The notes under the pieces are model-generated. The model searched no databases. It was not told the DNA's origin and saw nothing but the letters and a program-made list of their open reading frames with translations. Shown piece after piece: positions 26,824 through 35,888 of a stretch of 64,000 bases of DNA. Source of the DNA: an uncultured virus (IMG/VR IMGVR_UViG_3300032092_000024) (Duplodnaviria; Heunggongvirae; Uroviricota; Caudoviricetes); IMG/VR virus record IMGVR_UViG_3300032092_000024, one strand, 5' to 3'. Numbering within the stretch: position 1 is the first letter of the stretch; every line of letters begins with the position of its first letter. The position numbers were made by a program, and so were the translations under genes.

Positions 26824-28266
26824 ATGAGACGAGTAATGGTTGCCACCCCGGCTTTTAGCGGCGAAGTCAGCGCGCACTACTGCCAAAGTCTTTTGCAGTC
26901 CACCTTAGAATGTTTGATTGAGGACATAACTCTAGATGTTTGTATTCTTCAGCATCAATCTTTATTACCTGTCGCCAGGGACATCTTGCTAAGAGAAGCG
27001 ATCAACCGCGGCGTGGACGATATTCTATGGATTGATTCTGATATGGCTTGGGACTCAAAGGATTTGATTAGGATCTTGAAGCACAAGGAAGATATTGTGG
27101 GCATACCCTGCCGCAAGAAAATACCGAACAGAGTTGAGTTCAACTTTCAGCTTATCCCCGGGACGATAAAACCCAATGCAGATGGCTTGCTAGAGGTTAA
27201 CCATATCGGCACTGGTTTTTTAAAGATGTCATCCAAGGCCATTAAGTATTTGTTTGACACCAGCGATAAGTACAATTCGCAAGATAAAATAGAACTTAGT
27301 CATGTGTTTGAGATAAAGCTTGACGCTTCCGCCAAGGCTGTAGTTTCGGAAGACTTTACCGCTTGCCGCAAGTTGATTGCGGGTGGTTTCCGTATTTACA
27401 TAGATACCACGCTTTCATGCGGGCATATCGGCAGCTACACATATACCGGGGGATGTACCGATTTTTTGTCCTACATTGAAACTAATTCCCAAGACACGAA
27501 AAGCAGCAAGGTTGTTGTTGGGTTGTCTACTACGCCAGTTCGAATTGATAAAATCATGCCGACTATTCATAGCCTCTTGAAGCAGAAGCGGCCAGCCAAC
27601 AGGATTGTTCTCAGTCTAGCGGATCAAATCGCCAGGACGGGGGATAAGTTTGAAAAGATACCCAAAGAACTCCAACAACTAGCCGACGACGGCAAGATCG
27701 AAATCCACCGAACCAAAGACTATGGCCCGGCAACCAAGTTCATAGGTGCTATGCAAGTCGAGCAGGACCCCAGCGCTTTTATTATTTGGTGTGATGACGA
27801 TATGGAATACGGCGAGTCCATGGTTGAGTCTCTTCTTGCAGCTTGTGCCGCCCAACCCAAAACCGCTGTTGGTATGATGGCTTTTAATATGGCTAACAAC
27901 GATACGGTATATGAAGCGGTGACCAGGACTGGCGCGGATGCCGAAATCCTTGAAGGATTCGGTGGAGTTATTTGCCGGCGTAAAGATCTTCCCCCGGTAG
28001 AACTTTGGACCCCAGCCACTCCAGAACAGTTTGCGGGTATGACCGATATCCAAAAAGCCTACTTCTTGGGGGATGATTGCGTTATGAGTTACGCCCTTCG
28101 AAAAGCGGGCACTAGAACTTTAGCTTTGCAGGCCCCCGCCTATTGCCGAGCCACCGGGGTAGTTGTGAGAGCAGTTAACTTCGGTCCCGACGCTTTACGT
28201 ACAAATAAATATACCAAGAGTAACTTAGGTTCCTATGCTCTTCTCAAAGCGGGTAATATAACTTGA
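26824..28266 (+). CDS. Two-domain GT-A glycosyltransferase
   Basis: Domain 1: VATP, WIDSD, GTGFL, SEDF. Domain 2: DYGPATK, WCDDD, EGFGGV, GDD. Confidence 0.75.
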   Translation: MRRVMVATPAFSGEVSAHYCQSLLQSTLECLIEDITLDVCILQHQSLLPVARDILLREAINRGVDDILWIDSDMAWDSKDLIRILKHKEDIVGIPCRKKIPNRVEFNFQLIPGTIKPNADGLLEVNHIGTGFLKMSSKAIKYLFDTSDKYNSQDKIELSHVFEIKLDASAKAVVSEDFTACRKLIAGGFRIYIDTTLSCGHIGSYTYTGGCTDFLSYIETNSQDTKSSKVVVGLSTTPVRIDKIMPTIHSLLKQKRPANRIVLSLADQIARTGDKFEKIPKELQQLADDGKIEIHRTKDYGPATKFIGAMQVEQDPSAFIIWCDDDMEYGESMVESLLAACAAQPKTAVGMMAFNMANNDTVYEAVTRTGADAEILEGFGGVICRRKDLPPVELWTPATPEQFAGMTDIQKAYFLGDDCVMSYALRKAGTRTLALQAPAYCRATGVVVRAVNFGPDALRTNKYTKSNLGSYALLKAGNIT

Positions 28267-28925
28267 GAAACATCGCAATCGGAACTCCGTGCTATGGTGG
28301 CGTCACCGCCAACTACGCCAATAGTTTGGCCGCGTCGGTTAGCCTCTTTGCAAAGTACAACATAAACTTATTCCCAATCCTGCTCTCGCACCAATCAGTG
28401 ATTCAGATGGCCCGCAATAGGATGCTCAAAGAGATTATTATTTCTGACGCAGATGATCTTGTTTGGGTTGACTCTGATATTGGGTGGAAACCTGAGGATC
28501 TTCTTAAACTGTGCCTCCATGAGGAAGATGTGGTTGGGGCTACTTATCGCAAGAAGCTTCCAGACACAACCCACTTTACCCTAGTATTGTTCAAGGATAA
28601 GCAGATACCCGACGAGAGAGGACTGCTTGAGGTGTCCCGCCTTGGCGCCGGATTTTTGCGCATGTCCAAGAAAGCCATGCTCGAAGTATGTTCCACGGCC
28701 TCCGAATACCTTGAAGAGTCGGGCACCATTAAGAATGTATTTGAAGTGGGCGTCCGCAAGGGCGAATTCCTGTCCGAGGACTTCTTTCTTTGCGAGAAGC
28801 TGAAAGACCTAGGTTATAAGATAATGCTCGATACCAAGATTGATCTTACGCATGAGGGCACATTCAGCTACCGTGGGAGCATATCCCATTATCTTGAGTC
28901 CATCAAAATTAAAAAAGAAATTTAA
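28263..28925 (+). CDS. GT-A glycosyltransferase, paralogous to the N-domain of the upstream gene
   Basis: IGTPCYGG, ARN, WVDSD, GAGFL, SEDFF.C, H.G. Confidence 0.75.
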   Translation: MRNIAIGTPCYGGVTANYANSLAASVSLFAKYNINLFPILLSHQSVIQMARNRMLKEIIISDADDLVWVDSDIGWKPEDLLKLCLHEEDVVGATYRKKLPDTTHFTLVLFKDKQIPDERGLLEVSRLGAGFLRMSKKAMLEVCSTASEYLEESGTIKNVFEVGVRKGEFLSEDFFLCEKLKDLGYKIMLDTKIDLTHEGTFSYRGSISHYLESIKIKKEI

Positions 28926-29059
28926 TTTTTAAAATACATATAACCATAAATTGGGTCGCTGGGAGGGTGGGGGGAGGGGGAGTCCGTATAGTGTTATGTA
29001 GAACCCCACTACTAGCCCTATCGGGAAGGGTGGGGGGATGGATAATAGGAGACACTAAA

Positions 29060-29545
29060 ATGAGCAAATCAGAAACCCAAATCAAACCCTTATTCACCTT
29101 TGTCGAAGGCGAATCAGTTGTAACTCGTGAGGCAGGTATTAGCGAAAAGACAGGCAAACCCCTAGCCAAGCGAGAGTACGCCGTAAGCCAAGGCGTGCTG
29201 ATGGCGAACGGCCGACTTGCCCCTTCATCCGCATTAAAGAAGATGACGGATGCCAAGGGTAAGGAATTAGCGACCATTCAGGTTCAGCAGGTAAAGGCGT
29301 TCAGCAACTTTACCCAAGGGAGAATGACCGAAGCGGTTAATCGCATTACGGCGGGCGAGATGCAAGCAACCCAATGCCTTATTAAATTAGAGGAGGACGG
29401 CGTGACTCCTGCGGAATATGTTTTCCGCATTAAGACAGCGGGAGTTGGATTGCAGAAGGCGAAACTGGAAAAGGAATTGACCGACAAGGGACTGGATGCG
29501 GAGACTATCGCACTTGTTCTGAAACGGGCGTTCCCGAAAGCCTAA
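29060..29545 (+). CDS. First early-region protein, unknown function
   Basis: AGGAG SD, ATG 29060 (MSKSETQIK), followed by a terminator. Confidence 0.6.
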   Translation: MSKSETQIKPLFTFVEGESVVTREAGISEKTGKPLAKREYAVSQGVLMANGRLAPSSALKKMTDAKGKELATIQVQQVKAFSNFTQGRMTEAVNRITAGEMQATQCLIKLEEDGVTPAEYVFRIKTAGVGLQKAKLEKELTDKGLDAETIALVLKRAFPKA

Positions 29546-29555
29546 CGGCATAAGC

Positions 29556-29590
29556 GGTGGGGGGAGGGAAACCTCCCCCCATCCTTTTTT
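29556..29590 (+). terminator. Intrinsic terminator
   Basis: GGTGGGGGGAGG-GAAA-CCTCCCCCCATCC then TTTTTT. Confidence 0.85.
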
Positions 29591-29632
29591 ATCAAAAACC
29601 CCAACCCCTTTGAATCAATGATTCTTAGCTTA

Positions 29633-30094
29633 TCAAACATCGATGGCAGGCTTAACGACCGCAGCTTCATCGCTTCGAAGAACTGCGAGGTTAACGATTG
29701 TCTTGCCATTGCTTCCTTGATTCTGCGAAGCCAGTCCCAACGCGGGACGGGCTATGCGGTCAACTTTCTCGAGCACATCGATATGTTCACGCAATTCTTT
29801 TCTGGTTCCAGGCATCTCGGCTTCGAGGACGTCCAAGCTATGGTCGACTTGATTGCTGATACGCGACAGATATCTGGTCTGCTTACTCTCTGCACTTTGT
29901 GCAACACTTCTGTCGATTGCTGTACTAATCTGCACCAAGTTTGCATCCTTTCTCGCAACCCACTTACCTCGTCTGGCTTTACAAGACAAAGTGTTGAGGC
30001 TTATGCCATACGTCGATGCAATGAAGCTTCGAGTCTTACCTCCAACGAAGTCTCTTTCTACTGCTTTCCAGTCTATAGCCAAGGCTTTAGGCAT
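29633..30094 (-). CDS. Putative terminase small subunit (N-terminal HTH)
   Basis: IDWKAVERDF..G.....IA..YGIS..TL...ARRGKW followed by a helical region. Confidence 0.55.
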   Translation of the reverse strand: MPKALAIDWKAVERDFVGGKTRSFIASTYGISLNTLSCKARRGKWVARKDANLVQISTAIDRSVAQSAESKQTRYLSRISNQVDHSLDVLEAEMPGTRKELREHIDVLEKVDRIARPALGLASQNQGSNGKTIVNLAVLRSDEAAVVKPAIDV

Positions 30095-30100
30095 AAGGCT

Positions 30101-30129
30101 AGCTTATCTAGCATTGTGCATAAGGTCAA
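30101..30129 (-). promoter_or_regulatory. Leaderless-type promoter
   Basis: TTGACC-17-TAAGCT-6 nt-ATG. Confidence 0.6.
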
Positions 30130-30188
30130 GGCATCAATGATTCCTCGATTCGAGGATGCACCAACCCTAACCAAAGGAGTAACTACCA

Positions 30189-30761
30189 ATGAGTAACACA
30201 TACTTGCAGGACTTCGGACACCTGCGTAAACAAGCCAATGCACGGGACGTGCATGACCCTATGTCTAGTGCTGGACGATGGGATGACCTTCAACTGGACT
30301 TGCGTAGACCGCATATCCCGCAGGCTCGACGGGCGTCGATGCGTAAGAATCGGACACTCACTGTGGGGAATGTCACTGTCCCCCTGCCCATCGCGGATGC
30401 TGAGTTGAACAAGGCGTTAGGCTTCAAGGCTTGCACGGGCAGTCCCAAGTATGCCTTGAGTAACATGACCAGCGACAAGTGGGAGCATGCACCGCATGAT
30501 GCCAATGTGCGATGGTTGTTGCGCCGTGACCAGCAGGCCGAGGCCAAGATGCTCTCGTCCAACATCAACATCCATCAGACCTATGCCGAGCTGTTCGGTA
30601 GGCTGATTGCCAAGATGTGGTTCAACAATACTCCCAAGGCCCGCGGTGCATACGAACGGCAGTTCCGATTCCTTTGGCAGTATCGCCACTCCTTCAAGAA
30701 GATTCTTGGCAAGGCTGGCTACAGAACCAGAGGCTGGCGTAAGAAAGGGAAGATGCTGTGA
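30189..30761 (+). CDS. Early hypothetical basic protein
   Basis: AAGGAG SD. Confidence 0.55.
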   Translation: MSNTYLQDFGHLRKQANARDVHDPMSSAGRWDDLQLDLRRPHIPQARRASMRKNRTLTVGNVTVPLPIADAELNKALGFKACTGSPKYALSNMTSDKWEHAPHDANVRWLLRRDQQAEAKMLSSNINIHQTYAELFGRLIAKMWFNNTPKARGAYERQFRFLWQYRHSFKKILGKAGYRTRGWRKKGKML

Positions 30762-31009
30762 AGTGTGTCATCTGTGACGACCTTATCGAGGCCGAGCGTA
30801 TCAACCTAGGCTTCTCCAAGTGCAAAGGCTGTGCCTTCCTGCACCCTGAAGAGAAGGTCAAAGGTGCGATGGTCTACTCAGATAAGACTGGCGGGGCAAT
30901 CAATGTGATGAGTCCCGATAGCTTTGACAACTACAAACGAATTTCGCGCAGGGTCGGTCAGCGTTCGGCACTTCGGAATGTGCTGGACAATGGCGGTCGC
31001 TCGCAATAA
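30758..31009 (+). CDS. DksA/TraR-type C4 zinc-finger-like protein
   Basis: CVICDDLIEAER.......CKGCA. Confidence 0.55.
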   Translation: MKCVICDDLIEAERINLGFSKCKGCAFLHPEEKVKGAMVYSDKTGGAINVMSPDSFDNYKRISRRVGQRSALRNVLDNGGRSQ

Positions 31010-31029
31010 CCAAAAGGAGACACAATACA

Positions 31030-31155
31030 ATGCAAACTGAAACGGTAGATTGCCCCGTGTGCAAAGGCACAGGCTTGGATTGGAACAATGTATGGCCGAC
31101 TGGCATGGCCTCGCACTGCGAGGAATGCGATGGCTACGGGGAGGTAAACAAATGA
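31030..31155 (+). CDS. 41-aa DnaJ-type zinc-finger peptide
   Basis: Below the track cutoff. CPVCKGTG...CEECDGYG; AAGGAG SD. Confidence 0.6.
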   Translation: MQTETVDCPVCKGTGLDWNNVWPTGMASHCEECDGYGEVNK

Positions 31156-31301
31156 AGGGCAAGTGGAGAGTAGTGAATGGTGTGGGCAAGGTAATCCGAG
31201 CTGGATTCCTCACCGAACAAATGGCCTACAAGTGGATGCACGAACACAACAACGAACAGTCCAAGAGCTTTCACTTCTGGATTGTGGAGAAAACCCGATG
31301 A
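31152..31301 (+). CDS. Early hypothetical protein
   Basis: GGAGG SD, ATGA coupling. Confidence 0.5.
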   Translation: MKGKWRVVNGVGKVIRAGFLTEQMAYKWMHEHNNEQSKSFHFWIVEKTR

Positions 31302-31663
31302 GCGTGATACTACCAATCGATGCTTACATCCAACTCAACGGCATTGAGTACTACGGAAAGGTGGTCAAGGACGGAACCCGTAACCACCACCCTATGTCCG
31401 AGTATGTCGGCAAGCGTGTGTTTGATGTATCCAAGATTCAGTCAGACGAGTCATGGACTCATTGGTATGTCTTCGAATCCGAGATGCCATTGCCCAACTT
31501 CTATGACTCTACGTTCATTCACTCGCTGGACTATGCGAGCTGGATAGATGTGGACAGGGATGACTGCGACGCACCTGGACAGATGTTCAGACGCAGAGCT
31601 TACATCTCAAAGATGGGTCAGTGGAAGATGGTCATCACCCAAAGCGGAGGGAGGGACATATGA
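31298..31663 (+). CDS. Early hypothetical protein
   Basis: ATGA coupling. Confidence 0.5.
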   Translation: MSVILPIDAYIQLNGIEYYGKVVKDGTRNHHPMSEYVGKRVFDVSKIQSDESWTHWYVFESEMPLPNFYDSTFIHSLDYASWIDVDRDDCDAPGQMFRRRAYISKMGQWKMVITQSGGRDI

Positions 31664-31944
31664 GAGGTAGGTCTATCGACCCCAAGTATGTCATGACCAA
31701 TGCAGTCCAAGCTCACTATGGGCGAAGGCTGACTAGGAAAGACTGGGAAAGGAACGTCAAGATGGCCAGACGCACGAGCCGAACGACCCTCGCAATCAAG
31801 CGGAGCGAGGGCTTGGATTATCAGTATGCGTTGACTGATATTCATCGGAGCATCATCAAGAAAGTTATGATGACACCCGATGAAGCTTACAACCGAAACA
31901 AGGTAACCAAGAAGCTTGGGCTTGCTTGGGTTATGTGCGGATGA
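31660..31944 (+). CDS. Early hypothetical protein
   Basis: ATGA coupling. Confidence 0.45.
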   Translation: MRGRSIDPKYVMTNAVQAHYGRRLTRKDWERNVKMARRTSRTTLAIKRSEGLDYQYALTDIHRSIIKKVMMTPDEAYNRNKVTKKLGLAWVMCG

Positions 31945-32026
31945 GTGTCGAGCGAGTTAAATTGTGGATTTGGCTGGCTTGCCAGACTCCATCACCCAAG
32001 CTTTGGCACGGAAACAACTAGTCGAG

Positions 32027-32082
32027 TAGACCAACTGACCTGCTGCCCGCGGGCAGGTCAGAAGTCTGGCCGATAGGCTGGA
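32027..32082 (+). repeat. Structured intergenic motif, copy 1
   Basis: TAGAC, 9-bp hairpin, then AGTCTGGCCGATAGGCTGGA. Confidence 0.75.
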
Positions 32083-32123
32083 GAAAAAGATAGTTAACCT
32101 TAACAAAGAAAGGAACATTATAT

Positions 32124-32363
32124 ATGTTCTTTACAAATCGAAAAGACGGTGAAGTTACCATTGAAGTGAAGCAGGGCGTATCCTCGGACGGGAGTCTGAA
32201 CGGCCGCTTCTACACAGCCAGCCTCAACGGCTGGACTGGCGAAGGTTTGACAGAGCAGGATGCTGTGCGTGACCTCGACCAGAGTCGGGCAGAAGCTTTG
32301 ACCAAGCTTCATCACAACAACCGCGCATTCGGAACGCGTCTAAGCTTCGAGGTGGTCTCGTGA
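32124..32363 (+). CDS. Early hypothetical protein
   Basis: GAAAGGA SD. Confidence 0.55.
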   Translation: MFFTNRKDGEVTIEVKQGVSSDGSLNGRFYTASLNGWTGEGLTEQDAVRDLDQSRAEALTKLHHNNRAFGTRLSFEVVS

Positions 32364-32496
32364 GTTGGGCGGAGTTCTTTGAGGTGATGACAGTCATCAT
32401 CCAACTTGTCTGTGCGTTCCTAGTTATCCCAGCCTGCGTCGTGGCGGCTGTGATTCTAATCAACCGCCTTCTCAAGATGGCGTTGGAGGAAATCAG

Positions 32497-32850
32497 TTGA
32501 AACCTGGGGATAAGCTCTGGGTCGATGCCCAAATGATTGAGATCTTGAAGGGTCACAATCTTGGGCGGAAGTTTCGCCTCAACACTGGTGTGGCTGAGGT
32601 GGCTGGCGACATCTACCCCGACGACACCATTGTGCCCAATGAACTGAACGTAAAGATTGGTGACGCTCGATGGACAAAGCTTGCCTTGGGTGAGCTGGAA
32701 CGTCCGTGGCGTTACCCAACCTTCCGCCGTTTGCTTGCGGTTATCCGCTCGTGGACTGGAGACTGGTTGTTCCGTGCTCGCAAGCTCGAGCAGGGAATCG
32801 ACATCGAAGAAACAATCAACAATGAGGAGAACGACAATGATCAAAGTTAA
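32497..32850 (+). CDS. Early hypothetical protein
   Basis: GGAGG SD, TTG start. Confidence 0.45.
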   Translation: MKPGDKLWVDAQMIEILKGHNLGRKFRLNTGVAEVAGDIYPDDTIVPNELNVKIGDARWTKLALGELERPWRYPTFRRLLAVIRSWTGDWLFRARKLEQGIDIEETINNEENDNDQS

Positions 32851-33022
32851 GCTTGGTTGGGGGTGGATGCGTTTCCACTTCTTCGGGAACAGATTCAACA
32901 ATGCCATCGTGGCTAACGTGGAGTTTCGGCCTCTCGGCTTTGAACTCTACCGCGGTAGTCATTCGGTAATGATCTACTTGGAGCTTGTCATCGGCACGCT
33001 GATGATCAAGTTGAGCAAATGA
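32837..33022 (+). CDS. Early hypothetical protein
   Basis: GAGGAG SD. Confidence 0.45.
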   Translation: MIKVKLGWGWMRFHFFGNRFNNAIVANVEFRPLGFELYRGSHSVMIYLELVIGTLMIKLSK

Positions 33023-33405
33023 GTTACCCCATTGAAGTCGTGGCCGAGAAGGGAGCGCTCCAGCGCAGGCTTGGGCTGACTCCTATCGACCGAACCACAA
33101 CCGCAGACTTCCCGAAAGGGAAGATAACTATTAGAACAAACAGAGTTCCAACCTTATCAGAGGGCGGAGCTTATGCGTTCTACTACACCGACCACGAAGG
33201 TGATCGGTCAGTGTGTCACGTTGGGCCCGTGTACCGATACACAAGTCATGGGAGAACTGCCAGTGATGAGATGTATTATCACTTCAATTCTGGTTGCTTG
33301 AGGAAAACTCAACTCGATGCGTTTGTCACAACCATCAAGGCCATCGAAGCCAAAGTCGATGCCCTTATGAGAAAGGAATCCAATGGCTACCAAGACGAAA
33401 TCTAG
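33019..33405 (+). CDS. Early hypothetical protein
   Basis: ATGA coupling. Confidence 0.5.
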   Translation: MSYPIEVVAEKGALQRRLGLTPIDRTTTADFPKGKITIRTNRVPTLSEGGAYAFYYTDHEGDRSVCHVGPVYRYTSHGRTASDEMYYHFNSGCLRKTQLDAFVTTIKAIEAKVDALMRKESNGYQDEI

Positions 33406-33718
33406 TAAGAAGAATCTAACCAAAGACCAGCTTAATAGACTCAAGGTGCTGGACTTCATCGACATCTACGCTGACGACGAGCACAAGGAAAACATCATCC
33501 TACTCGATGGCTTGGACAAAGCTTTCCTCGGGCTTTCCCATCGAGATGGACAACACGGAACACAAGTGGCGGTGTATGGAATCTTTTCCTGCATCCACAC
33601 ACTTCAACTCGACAACAAGTGGAGTTGGGATGAAGCTGAAGAATACTTCCACTTCAATACCCGCTGGGCTTATGTTGGCGAGTATACCCCGATGTTCATC
33701 GAGGAGATGGTGCGATGA
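33383..33718 (+). CDS. Conserved hypothetical phage protein
   Basis: DGLD.AFLG...VAVY...EA.EYF.FN...AYVGE.TP pattern. Confidence 0.6.
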   Translation: MATKTKSSKKNLTKDQLNRLKVLDFIDIYADDEHKENIILLDGLDKAFLGLSHRDGQHGTQVAVYGIFSCIHTLQLDNKWSWDEAEEYFHFNTRWAYVGEYTPMFIEEMVR

Positions 33719-33963
33719 CTGCCAAGCTGACACCTCAAGAGATTAGGCAAGGCGACACCGTGTGGTGGCGCGGAAGCTTTGGCAACGAGGGATGGCAAGA
33801 GGCGAAAGTCAAACGCATCGAACTCGTTCGTCCAGGTGAGAAAGAAAATGGACTCCTTGTGCCTTGGGTGCCTACAACCATTATCGAGAACTGTGTTTTC
33901 GATTTGGACAATGGGCATTGGGCATATGGATATCAAATCAAACCAGTGGAGGAAACACTATGA
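33715..33963 (+). CDS. Early hypothetical protein (SH3-like)
   Basis: GDTVWWRGSFG...DNGHWAYGYQI. Confidence 0.55.
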   Translation: MTAKLTPQEIRQGDTVWWRGSFGNEGWQEAKVKRIELVRPGEKENGLLVPWVPTTIIENCVFDLDNGHWAYGYQIKPVEETL

Positions 33964-34343
33964 GCGGATTAGCTAAAGAACCAGATAACTTCACAATCCC
34001 AAAGAAACTGATGGACGAGGCGGTAGATCGTGAGCTTGCAAAACTAAAGAGAATAGAGAAGAGTACTGACGCTTGGGTTAAGCAGTGCAAGAAAGACGGT
34101 ATAATTGTTCTTAAACGACGATATGTCGATGAGAATAGATGCCTCATCAATCGCATTGTTGATGTCAGTTCTCTTGAGATTGACGGTGTCGATTATCGGG
34201 ACGCTCCAGACTTCTGCGATGCCTTCTTCAGTGCTGGCCAATATGAGGACGGCACTGTGATGGGCGACGACGAACTTAACGAGCTAGCCGACGAGCACCC
34301 CGATATTCTGGCAGAGAAGATCTACCACCACGCGATGCCCTAA
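33960..34343 (+). CDS. Early acidic hypothetical protein
   Basis: IDGVD.RD.PDFCDAF motif; GGAGG SD. Confidence 0.55.
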   Translation: MSGLAKEPDNFTIPKKLMDEAVDRELAKLKRIEKSTDAWVKQCKKDGIIVLKRRYVDENRCLINRIVDVSSLEIDGVDYRDAPDFCDAFFSAGQYEDGTVMGDDELNELADEHPDILAEKIYHHAMP

Positions 34344-34454
34344 AGGAGGACATATGACAGAAGCTCAACAGAAAGAAATTTTGGCTAGAATCACCATTGA
34401 TGAATGGCTAGGCAAGATGGAAAACGAACGAAAACTAAACGAAAGGAAGACATC

Positions 34455-34757
34455 ATGAAAAAGAAAAAAGCAAAGGTAACAGAGAGAGTTATGACGATCG
34501 ACAGGAAAGACGGAAACCTCAACGGAGTTCCATTTATTCAGTTCCTTGTAGCGATGCAAGGTCTGGAAGCTTTGAATCGTGGAATGATGTTGACTCGAGT
34601 CGCAACCCCAAGTCGCTGTATGGAAATCATATCGCAGATAACGGGCAATAAATACAAACGAACCGACAGGAACAAAGCGTTGTACGATGCGGAAGTAATC
34701 ATGCATGCGCTTCGTGAAGAGAAGAAACAACTAGCTCAGGACGCGGCACTCGCATGA
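34455..34757 (+). CDS. Early hypothetical protein
   Basis: GAAAGGA SD. Confidence 0.5.
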   Translation: MKKKKAKVTERVMTIDRKDGNLNGVPFIQFLVAMQGLEALNRGMMLTRVATPSRCMEIISQITGNKYKRTDRNKALYDAEVIMHALREEKKQLAQDAALA

Positions 34758-35080
34758 GAATCGAAGTCGAGAAGGATGATGTTAAGTTCGAATACGACGG
34801 CAAGAAGTATTCGGTAACTGGCACAGCCATCCACAATACCGAGAAGGAAGACATCGGTATTGGTTCTTATGAGTTCTGGGGTTCGCGTGGTTATGACAGC
34901 CAGATTGTCAACCAAAGCGAGTTCTCGGAATGTGAGTTCGATAGCTTGGCAATCTATCCAGACGAGGGGATGGAAGAAGTTCCAGAACCTTCTAAGGAAC
35001 TTGTCGAGGCTGCGCAGGAAGCTCTGTATTCCGCGACCTACGAAATCGCGGAAGAACGGGCTGTCGAGTTAAGCGACTAA
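34754..35080 (+). CDS. Early highly acidic protein
   Basis: D/E-rich; GIGSYEFWG motif. Confidence 0.55.
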   Translation: MRIEVEKDDVKFEYDGKKYSVTGTAIHNTEKEDIGIGSYEFWGSRGYDSQIVNQSEFSECEFDSLAIYPDEGMEEVPEPSKELVEAAQEALYSATYEIAEERAVELSD

Positions 35081-35094
35081 GAAAGGAGGTTTGT

Positions 35095-35286
35095 ATGGCA
35101 AAGTTCAAATTAGAAATCGAAAGCAATAACGCGGCGTTCGAGTTTCCAGATCATGAAATATCAAGGATTCTCAAAGACCTGTCTGAACAGGTCGCTGAAA
35201 CTCCTTTGCATGTTTGGAGGAGACACGAATTCCTTATTCGGGATACGAATGGGAACAGAGTAGGCACTGCAAATTGGTCTAGATGA
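35095..35286 (+). CDS. Early hypothetical protein
   Basis: AAGGAGG SD; NAAF...RD.NGN.VG. Confidence 0.55.
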   Translation: MAKFKLEIESNNAAFEFPDHEISRILKDLSEQVAETPLHVWRRHEFLIRDTNGNRVGTANWSR

Positions 35287-35336
35287 CAGACCCTCGTGGC
35301 CTCGCAAGGGCCACGCAGTCTGGCCGATAGGCTGGA
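35287..35336 (+). repeat. Structured intergenic motif, copy 2
   Basis: CAGAC, a different hairpin, then the identical AGTCTGGCCGATAGGCTGGA. Confidence 0.75.
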
Positions 35337-35368
35337 ACCAAACGAAAACAAAAATGAAAGGACACAAT

Positions 35369-35686
35369 ATGGAACTAACAATACCATCAGAAGTGGTAGA
35401 TGAGTTCGGTCGGGCGACCGAGTGGCTCAAGCTATCCAATGAGAAACGCAAAGAGTATCGGAGTCTATTCCTAGAATCCGCGAAGCAAGGAATCAAAAGC
35501 TGGGTAGGCCAGCACTTCACGGTTCAGATGGATGAGCACGATAAGGCAAGACTTGCCAAACCTTTGCTCAAATCAAACCTGCTCAAGTATCTGACGCCAG
35601 AGCAAGTCAACCACATCATCGAGACTTCAACAGTCTCGAGCGAAGAGTGGCACTTTACGGCGCGAAGGATTCCGACAGGTGAGTAA
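35369..35686 (+). CDS. Early hypothetical protein
   Basis: GAAAGGA SD before ATG 35369. Confidence 0.5.
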   Translation: MELTIPSEVVDEFGRATEWLKLSNEKRKEYRSLFLESAKQGIKSWVGQHFTVQMDEHDKARLAKPLLKSNLLKYLTPEQVNHIIETSTVSSEEWHFTARRIPTGE

Positions 35687-35888
35687 CGCTGTAAAGATTG
35701 CAGACGAGATAACAAAGTGGGATGGCTACGCTTTGTTTGACAAAGACAATGTATTACTCAACGACCAGTTATTCACGCACTACGAACGGGCAAGGAAAAT
35801 TGCTTCCTGTTACGAGAACGATGAAGCCATCATCTGGAAAGTTGAACTGAACAGAAAGGAAAAAGTCAATGATAATTACGTCATCTAG
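35679..35888 (+). CDS. Early hypothetical protein
   Basis: Operon-contiguous. Confidence 0.4.
   Translation: MSNAVKIADEITKWDGYALFDKDNVLLNDQLFTHYERARKIASCYENDEAIIWKVELNRKEKVNDNYVI

Noticed and set aside
28967..29059. N-terminal extension of the first early gene
   Set aside because: Covers non-coding G-runs; the SD supports ATG 29060.
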